A stretch of DNA of 62,987 nucleotides, filler included, from Sluysia triapertura (taxonomy: Eukaryota), in NCBI GenBank assembly GCA_046118255.1. It is 5 parts of 5 records of this genome, joined end to end, with 100 filler letters (N's around TTAATTAATTAA, not from the genome) between each part and the next. Parts side by side here need not be neighbours in the genome. Positions count along the whole stretch, not along the records: positions 51,920 to 62,987 come from JBJNIA010189364.1; 4 more parts are not named here. The stretch is one strand, 5' to 3'. The number at the start of each line of letters is the position of its first letter. Within the stretch, counting starts at the first letter, position 1. The translations under genes and the position numbers were made by a program. Below, piece by piece: positions 53,601 to 62,987 of the stretch. The notes under the pieces were generated by a model. The model had not been told where the DNA came from, did not search any database, and saw nothing but the letters and a program-made list of their open reading frames with translations.

Positions 53601-55214
53601 CGAACAATTAATCTATCAGTTAGTATTTTAATTCGTAAGAGAATTATTATTATTTATTGCTTGAATTATTATTACATTAGTAATTATTATAATATTATTT
53701 ATTATTATTGATGATTTATCGCCAGCTAATCGTAATTTTATGATAAAATGTAGCACAAAAAGCATAATATAGCGCGTAAAATGTGACTTGATAATATGAC
53801 ATCATGACACTTAAATTTATAATTGTATTACGTCGTTATTATTACATTATATTATTATTATTGTACTTATTGTTTTACAATTATTATTTTTATATATAAT
53901 AATAATATTATTATTTTAAGAAGATTATTACTCTTTAGATTTTTATTTTTTTAAAATTATTTTAGAGATTTATACCTTGATAGAAAGACAGAGAAGATAA
54001 TTTAAGTAAACTTATACGTCATCAGAATACAAGGGAAAAAGGAAAGAAACTGCCATTTATATTTTTGGGCATATCTTAAACATTAATTTTTTGACAATAT
54101 TTAAGCCTTTACTGCGCCGCATCAAGCAATAGCACAGCGGAACTTTATAACTTTATAACTGTAGTCATAAAGCGATCCGATGAAGTGATACTGGAATATC
54201 TAGTTTCAATTGGACGTATAGTAAACTCACGAAATTTAGTCTAATTATAAGAATAAATTATAATTATAAAGAATTATTTCTATTTTATACTAAAATAAGT
54301 ATTGAAAAAAGTTCCTATATGAGGTTCAAATTATTGAAAATAAACTGTATTTTATTTTACAGGCAAAAATAAGAATTGTAGAAGTACACATCTACATAAG
54401 TCAAATTTCTATTCAGTATCAAAAGTAATCAAGTTAGAAAACTAATATTGTTACCTCAACAATATTACATTTTAGAAGTTCGTTTTTTGTAAGTTTTACT
54501 GTGCAAATTCTGTGAGGAGGTTAAAATGAAACATTTGAAATTTTAAATTTGGTATGGAAAATAGGCAGAGAGCTTCAAATTACAAGAAGTTCAATTTACA
54601 GAATGATAATTATTTCGTTCTAAACCAAGAAAAATATGTTTTTAAATTTTATTCTTGCTAATATTGTTCTAAAACAAAATAAATAATTCTTATTGTAAAA
54701 TTTTTATATTCGTTTATTGTTTTTTGAGTATGGACAGTACACCCGTAATTAAAGGGTTAAAAAGTTCATAATATGAATTTTAAATTTATATTTAAATTTT
54801 TAGTTACTATAGTTTTTTTTGCATTAATAAAGTGTAAAAGAATATATTTTAAATGTATTTTAAGATAATTTAAAATGCTGTGGTTGCGTAATAACATGAA
54901 TTCAGCACAATTTTTTATTAAGTTGTTATAAGTAATGTTTAGATTCTAAATTTTTAAATTTCTAAAATTTATTGTAAATTATTAATATATACAGTTATAG
55001 TTATTTAATTTTGATTACCCTTAAATAAATCAATCTTTGCATAACATTTCTATTATGTTTATTTGAATCAAATTTATCAATTTTTTGTCTTATTTTTTAA
55101 ATGCAGAGTTAAAAATTTTTAAATTTGAATATACCCATTAAAAATTTAATTAATTTTTTTATTACATTCTATTATATCTGCAACAATTTCTGATTTATAT
55201 ATACATATATAGTC

Positions 55215-56171
55215 ATGCAGACTCCTATGTCACTAAAAATGTCTGCTACTTGGGATAACGAAAAGTCTTCATCCAGTAATGTTCCAAGGTAAGCTTTGGT
55301 TTTTGGTTAATTTATAAAATATTTAGAATTTGTAACCTCAGTATTACTCAAGTTTTGTTTGATAAAATATTTGAAGAAAAACTGGAAAATAATCAACATT
55401 TTTTTGTTACGGTACGTATGAGAGATAATAGTCGTCGTGTGTTACGATCTCCAGAACTGGCTTTTCCTAATAAAATACCTGGATTTGTTAATTTAAATTT
55501 TAATTGCACTATTCAATATTCGCATGCATTGAAACGAGATTCTTCTAATTTATTACAGTTGCTTATTCAAAGACGTAAGAAATATAAAAAGAAATCCGTT
55601 AATTTCGGATACAAAACCTTGGCTTATTGTACTATTGATTTAGCCCAAGTATATTAAATTATGTTTTAATTGGTTGCTAGGTACTACAACGTAAAATTGA
55701 AAATAGAATGTTAGATTTATATGAAGATCCAAAATTATTTTCAAATGCTGTTGGAAGAATTGAGGTTCAGTCATTAACTTCAACCCCAGCAGAAAAAGTA
55801 ATGCTCTGTGAAAGAAGAAAAGGTTAGGCTGTTTAATGCAATATAATATCTGATAATAGAATTTTATGAAGAGGATGACGAAGGTTTGCCAGATCAGTTC
55901 AGTGAACCAGATGATTCAGATCATGGGGAAGATAGTGACTTTGATCCAAATTGTACTGAATTTGCAGAATCACGACAAAAGAAAATTATGAAAGCGATGG
56001 CTGTTGGGGTTAGAATTAATTGTTAATTATTAAATCAATATAAATGTAAGTTCAATATCTCTGATAATTTCTATATGTGGAAAGGAAATATTCGAATTTC
56101 ATATATTACAGGTAAATAGTAATTCTAGTCATCGAAGGTCATCATCACCTTCTGCATCTCTACCTGAATGG
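55215..56171 (+). CDS. PACS: Phosphofurin acidic cluster sorting protein (PACS-1/2 family), N-terminal exons
   Basis: Exons 55215-55288, 55327-55648, 55681-55822, 55860-~56008 and probably 56112-56171. Motifs MSATWDNEKSSSSNVPR, RVLRSPE, IQYSHALKRDSSNLLQLLIQRRKKYK..GYKTLA..IDLAQVLQ, then an acidic cluster. Confidence 0.92.
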
Positions 56172-57121
56172 GTAAGAAATATTTGCTTAAATATGTATTG
56201 AGATATTGTGAACAGAATCAGCATTGACATTTATTTTATTTGAATTTTATTAATTAAAAATATTATTGACCTTTGTTCTAAAGTGTTCTAAATAGAACCC
56301 TATAAACATGACCTAATATTTAAATTATGCTTTTCAGTTATAAGTTTTCCCATTTAATCAAAGCGTGCTTATTTCAATAGTTTATTTTTCGTACTATTAT
56401 TGTTTTTAATATCAAAAGGTCTGTGTAAAACAATTAATGGTACTTTAAAATAATTTATTTTCATATAAATAATTAAAAATATTCATTTATCAAAAATTTA
56501 ATATAATAATTAAAATTATACTTTTAAACCCGAATAAGTTTTTTTTCGTGTCAAGGTAGTATCTAAAAACAGACTCATTAAAATTTACATAATATTAGTA
56601 ATAACAGCAATAATTCTCAATAATTACGCAATGTGTGACTTAATGCGCAGTATGTGTTTTCACACTTTTAGTCAATATAAATGTTTGACGTCAAAGTATT
56701 ATTATAATTACATAGATAAAAATTAAATATCTGACAATGTAGATCATTATAAAAACCAATAATGTTTTATAAACCAAGAAATCGTAGCTATACTGTTCAA
56801 GCATAAACATATATTTTGAGGTAATAAAAATGGGAACATATTTAAGTTGTATTTATGTACAATGTATAATAGACGTGTATTTATTAAATATTGTTTTGTT
56901 TAGTTAAAAGATTGTAAGAAAACTTGAGTGAATATGAAACAACTGTTTTTATAATTAGAATGAATCCATTATTTGCAGAAAAACAAAATTATATAAATAA
57001 TTTGTATAAAGTTTCAATTTATAAGCTTGCATTGATAACAATCAAAATGCTTCATATTGTATTCCAATTGCATGTAATAATGCGATGAGACAATCTTTTT
57101 TATATTGCGGATTTAATAAAT

Positions 57122-57396
57122 TATATTGTGAATGTAAAAACTTTAATCTTAAAATAAAATAAGAGTAAATCTCAATGATATATGACTGATGTGAACTCAT
57201 TAGTAGGACTATTAGTTACCAATAATAAAATTTTAATAGGTGTCTGAATACAATATGTATTGCATTTTCAGACACTTACTCATAACTAATGGTCCTAGTA
57301 ATGAGTTCATATCAGTCATGTATCATTGAGATTTATTCTTATTTTATTTTAAGATTTTTACCATTGTATTTATGGTTTTTACCATTCACACAATAA
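57122..57396. repeat. Near-perfect hairpin/fold-back (MITE-like)
   Basis: Arms 57145-57218 and 57283-57356 are reverse complements with few mismatches; nested stem gtgtctgaa..ttcagacac. Confidence 0.9.
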
Positions 57397-59015
57397 AATT
57401 TATTTTATCATTATTAAGTTGTCTTATCACATTTATTAATTTCATTGGTTATTAATTATAATAAATGTAAAATGTTAACTTTAACAATATTGTGTTTTAG
57501 ATGCAATAAGTGTGAAAAGTTCTAATTAAAAATACACATAATTACTAACAACTATTTTTGTTTTCTAACATTAAAAAATTTAAATGACTCATGACTGTTT
57601 TGCACGCAAAATTAAAAGTATAGCATTTAGGAAAACCTTAAAAAGTACAAAGATAGAAGTTTTATAATTTAAGTAAATAATAAATTGAGAAATGTTTAAA
57701 TTTATTTTAATAAAATGCTTTGATTTTTGTATAAGAACAAAGTTATTCTATAGTTACGGAAGTTATTCATGAAAATAATGACTCCGTTCGATTGAAGGAG
57801 CATATTACTTAAAATATTTAATTTTCGAACACACATGTTGTATAATAATAACCGGATTTATCATGTAATTAATGTTTAGTAATGTAGCAAGTCTGAATTT
57901 GTTGTAATTTTAATATTTTAAAGTAATTTAATAGAATTAGGATAAAATTAGAATTTTAAAGTGATATGATTATTTTGAATTTTAAAAGTCAAAGTTCATC
58001 TATTATAATACAAAATAATTATAATTATAATACAAAATAATAATAACAATAATAATTTATTGTTTTAAAATTAACAGTTTTTATACGATAAAAAATTAAA
58101 ATAGAAATTAGAAGGTAATAAAGTCATTCTTTCATATTACAAGTGAATAGAAGTCATGTATAGAATTATTAATAAATTTTAATCTATTTAATGTATTTTA
58201 TTATTATGAATTATTAATTTGAGTTGTTTCAAATAGTTTATAACTTTATGCTTTATAACTTTCCTTTTCTTTACGAAAAGTATTCAACTTTCAATTCAAT
58301 TACAAATATCCTATAAACATTACAACCTTGCTACATCTTACACACACACGATAACAACTAAAATAAAATATAAATATATCTAAATTAATTATTAATCATA
58401 CTAGTATTACGTTTAATCCGCCGATATCGCCTCTCTCATCTGCATTGACATCGTATTATTGCACATCTTCCTTTTATATTATTACTTATTACTTTTGAAA
58501 TGGTGAAATATTGGCCCACACTACCAATCAATAAACTGATTATTTGTTCTATCAATTCTTTATGAATTAGAAATATTTATTTCGATATTGTAATAATAAT
58601 AATTATTATTTATCAAATTTTATAATACTAAGAAAAAGAGCAATTATGATTTGTTTGCTGTAAAACTGTATTAAATAAGTAATATGATTGTATAAATTTT
58701 CAATGTTTGTAGTTTTACGTCTAAACTATTTCAATGAACAGCCGAATCATAGTCAAATAATTTTGAATTTTTTTGGTTTAAATAATAAGAGAAATTCAAA
58801 TTAGTATACTAAAAATTTTTACTTCCACATCGAATAAAGTTTAAATTTTTTCGAAAAGAAATAATGAAACCAAAGTGAAATCAAAGCTTATACAAATGAA
58901 AGAACAAATCGATCATACAAAATCCAAGGTTGATTATAGAAAAAAGTGACATGAACGCCATAAAGACACTGATTTAATGACAGAATCGAATTTATGCAAC
59001 GCATTAACTATTCAG

Positions 59016-59200
59016 ATAAGTGTGCATCACGAATCCTTCAGTATGATCAATGTTATACCTCATTTTGTTTTCCATTTCCAACAGATTTGGGCAATATGTG
59101 CCTGCGAAAATTCAAAAGCAATCAGCAATTTGTTACGAGAACCAATATGCGTGAACTGAGACTGTACGAGCTTGCGATTATGTATCACTGTGGAACCGGT
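59016..59200 (+). CDS. Possible downstream PACS C-terminal-domain exon
   Basis: ttcag acceptor at 59015. CASRILQYDQCYTSF and QFVTRTNMRELRLYELAIMY weakly resemble PACS C-terminal blocks. Confidence 0.3.
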
Positions 59201-61078
59201 CATATCATGATTGCTGATTTAGAAATTATAAGTTATACTTTTTTAATTTTTAGTTTTCTCACTCCAGAAATTCGAATTTTGGTTTTGTTTATGGAAGTAC
59301 ATAACCTCAGCATATATATGTGTGTGATAAAGTTTTATTTTAAATTTAACTTGAATTTTGTTTTAAATCTAAATTTGAATAATGTGAAAGGCCTTAAGCC
59401 TATTTATAATGTTTGGCAACTGCTGAATTTGAATAATAAAAAGGATCTTAAGTCCATGTTTAATAGATTCATTTTTGATAATAAAATTTTAAAAGTTAGC
59501 ACGGGCCTTAAGCCCAAATTTCATAATGTTATTTATAATACTGATCTTATATAATGGTTTATATTTCAAACGCCCAAATTTAACCCGGCCATTTCAAACG
59601 TAACAGTAACACTGATTAGTTCAAAGTAGCATATAAATATTTACAAAAGATAAAAAAATTGTTTACAATAAAAATGCTAGAATAGGCATGTAGAAAAGTT
59701 ATGTGTATGTTTGTTAATTTAAATGCCACATTATAAGTACGCTGTTTAACAAACAATAGTAATTTAACTCATGCAATTTATATCGTGAATTAAAATTTAA
59801 TTTTAGATTGATTTAATAATTAAAAACGTTATGCCAGATTAATTAAATTTAGTTATTTATTAAAGGAGCCTTTTCAAGAATCTATTTACTTCAAATATGA
59901 CGTTGCTATTCCTTTTGGAATACATTATACTTGCACATCATTATGATAAATCAATTTCATTCTACTATTTTTTCTTATCGTTTAATATATATTGTATGGC
60001 AAATTTTATATAGTTAACTAATTAATTCTGTGTTATAATAATTTGGCAAATTTTGTCTATAGATTATTTTATATTCTGTTACAATATTTCTTTGGCCATG
60101 ATATATTTCACATATTTATTTATATGTGAAAAAAAACTATGCTGGTTTTTGCTAGTACTCAAATATTCATTTTAATAAAACCATACGTTTTTCGTTCTTC
60201 CAATGTTATCGTGTGATTCATAATTTTGTCGTTTTTACAAAATACCTGTTTTTTATAATTTATTCGTAATAATTCTGTTTCATAGAAGTAGAGTACTTAT
60301 TAAAGTATCTCGTTATATAATATATGTTTGATAGATTTTAATATTAATTAAATGTTAATGTATCAATTTTTTATGTAGTAAATTATTTGTATCAGTTTTT
60401 CAAACTTAAGGCGTAAAGAGTAGAAGTGAATGTAAATGTATTATTTTCGAACCATGTTTGATATTAAATAGATTTTTATATATTATACATAATTGAAAAT
60501 CTATGAAGTCAAAATTTATATTTATCGGTAATAAAAACAGTCGTACATTAAATGAAATGAATCAAAATTAATTTTAGGTGGTAAATGCTAGACGTGAAAT
60601 CAAAATTGTGGAATGTAGGATGCAATGCGCATCAAAAAAGAACATTGAAAAAATGTTATAAAGTAATGTCAAAACGTTCAAATCAAATTTGAAGTAAAAA
60701 TCAAATAATACAAAAATTATATTTATTAATATAATACAGATTTTAATCATGTTTTATTATACTTAATTCCATCAAAACAAGTGAACGTTACAATTGAATC
60801 AATCGATAAGAATACGTTGTTAATTAAAAAGATTGTGTACAACACGTTGCACTTGTTACTAATACTGGCAAGAACAAAATTAAAAATCATATTGGTAATC
60901 GACAAATACGTGCAATTTGGGGAAATACTAAATATATCTTGGGGATAATACAAATCCGTAAACATAAATAAATACATTTTAACATATTACAGTTGATATA
61001 GAATAGAATGTTAAAATAAAGTAAGAGATGGGTTATGTACTATCTACGCTTAAAAAATATACAACCTGTTCTCAGAGA

Positions 61079-61080
<2 letters not shown>

Positions 61081-61129
<49 letters not shown>

Positions 61130-61132
61130 TTA
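61081..61132 (+). repeat. (TTA)n/(TTTA)n microsatellite
   Basis: Direct reading. Confidence 0.9.
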
Positions 61133-62439
61133 TATTCACTATTATTATCAAATTTAATATTTTTGATTATAATACAAATGATTTAAATCTGATAATATTT
61201 ATAATTAATAAAAATAATAATGCATTTTCAAAGTAAAACTGATTTAATCTGTATTTCATGTTATTAAAATTAATAATATGTATATCGTGTTATTTTTACA
61301 TATATAAAAATTCGTTTTATGTATTCTTTTGTACTGTTTACGATTTTTTATTTTGTTTCTCTTTAATATCGAAAATATATGCATATTTAATTATTATAAA
61401 CTGTGGAGTTCATTTTTTAAATTTTAACAGTAAATGTTTTAAATAAGTAATATAAACTATTTTAAATTTCCGATAAAATTTGTCTGCAATTTAATCATTA
61501 ATTTTATTTTTTTCGATATATATGCATATTGACATTGCTGATTCTGTGTAATTATTGTCTGTTGTAAAGGTGATAAATTTAAGTTTTGTAATTTGTATGC
61601 TTAATTTTTTGTTTTTTATTCATATTATTTGCACTTTTTGATATTTCTAATATGTTTAGCTTTAAGTTATGTTTGCATTAGAATGTATTCAATGAAAAAC
61701 TTAGATGATGTAAGATAGAAAGAAACAGTGAAAATATGAAACCTGTAATTGTGGAATCGAAGTTGAAGTCGTAACAAAAATTAATTAAAAATTGTTCAAC
61801 TTGAATCTACTGGTTGATTTTTATAAAGTAAATACAACTTTGATAGTACAGCTTACGTAATAAGTATTTTGTTTATTGATATTTAATATAATTAACAATA
61901 TTAAATCAATAATTTCCATTAAATAACTGTAACAAACATTAACACAAACATTTCTATTTTAATATAAAACAATTTTCAGTAATTATATTTTCGTACAACT
62001 ATTTCCTGAATATTTATATTCTATATTGCCATAACAATTTTGGAATAAATGATTGTGTTTTCATATATAATTTTTGTAATAATAAAAATTGAAACTTTTT
62101 GAAAGAATAATACAATAATTTCTACAAAATTTAATAGAATGTCATCCAGTGACGGCATTCGAGTAGACCCTTCTGATTATAATGTAAAACTAGGAACTCA
62201 TTAAAAATAGGAAATTTTGGTCAAATGCTGGAAACATTGAATTGATAAAAATAAATCGAAAAATAGTTAGGTTTGTTAGCTTAATAAATGTTTCATTTGT
62301 TGATCATTATTTTGTTTTCTTATTGAAACTACCACAGATATTAGGGTGGGTTGAAAATAAAATTTTGTCATGGAACTCAGGAAAACTTTGCGTTTGAATG
62401 TGAAATGAAAAAAAATTATAAAGAAATTATTTCTGGACA

Positions 62440-62987
62440 CTTGCAAGTGCCCCATTTTTAATTTAGAAAATACTCGCTTTAATTGTATTGATAACCACAG
62501 TAGACACACCTAACGTAAATCAATATTGTTTGCAAATATAAACAGTCAAGCAATGATAATTACACACAGAATATATGTACGTACTTTACTGCCAACATTT
62601 GCATTTGTGCTGTCACAGCCTATTGCTAAGATACTATCACTTGCATCTTGCTCTCTAATTACAGTTATAATACTGGTACCAATATCAATACTTTTGCCTG
62701 ATAAAGGCATCACATGTGTGAGATGGCTACGACCTGGTTCTTCAACATAATTATCTTCAACAGTAGTGTCACCATACCTGTGATAGCTTTTGGTGACTGT
62801 CTCATATCACATTGCAAAACCTTTTTTAACTTCAACCTCTCACAAGGTTGTCTATCACAAAGCTCTGATTCTGTTTGGTTATGAATCCAACATCGATAAG
62901 TACTGCTGCGGCTCTGTCTGATATACCATATCTGTCTGCTTCTTTTGCAAAATTTGGAAGGGATATTCGCATCTGACTTTCAGCTAC
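62440..62987 (-). mobile_element. hAT-superfamily (hATm-like) transposase remnant, running off the window end
   Basis: LPNFAKEADRYGISDRAAAVL, VEEPGRSHLTHVMPLSGKS, LAIGCDSTNANVG, VCLL; stops and deletions. Confidence 0.7.

Overview
Very AT-rich animal genomic scaffold with tiny introns (32-42 bp) and five assembly gaps, four of them carrying an artificial TTAATTAATTAA linker. The compact style is reminiscent of a reduced invertebrate genome such as an orthonectid, but that is only an inference. Host genes found: a PPM1E/F-type PP2C phosphatase (minus, 8027 to at least 3682), a receptor guanylyl cyclase (plus, at least 26387-30296), a Cys-rich gene nested antisense in one of its introns, ABCB6 (minus, 50730 to at least 41808) and a PACS-family gene (plus, from 55215). 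The most striking item is the cyclase: its extracellular domain is a PstS-type phosphate-binding protein with the phosphate-contacting motifs intact, making it a candidate phosphate-sensing cGMP receptor. Introns and intergenic DNA hold decayed pogo/Tigger, piggyBac, hAT-like, Gypsy and L2/CR1-like elements, TTAA MITEs, fold-backs, arrays of short palindromes, and three copies of a tRNA-containing TG..CA mini-element. Broken fragments of unrelated host genes are scattered throughout (RNF139/145, THOC2, DEAD-box helicase, ataxin-2-like, PH domain). The RNF139/145 piece lies between long inverted repeats, like a Pack-type transposon.
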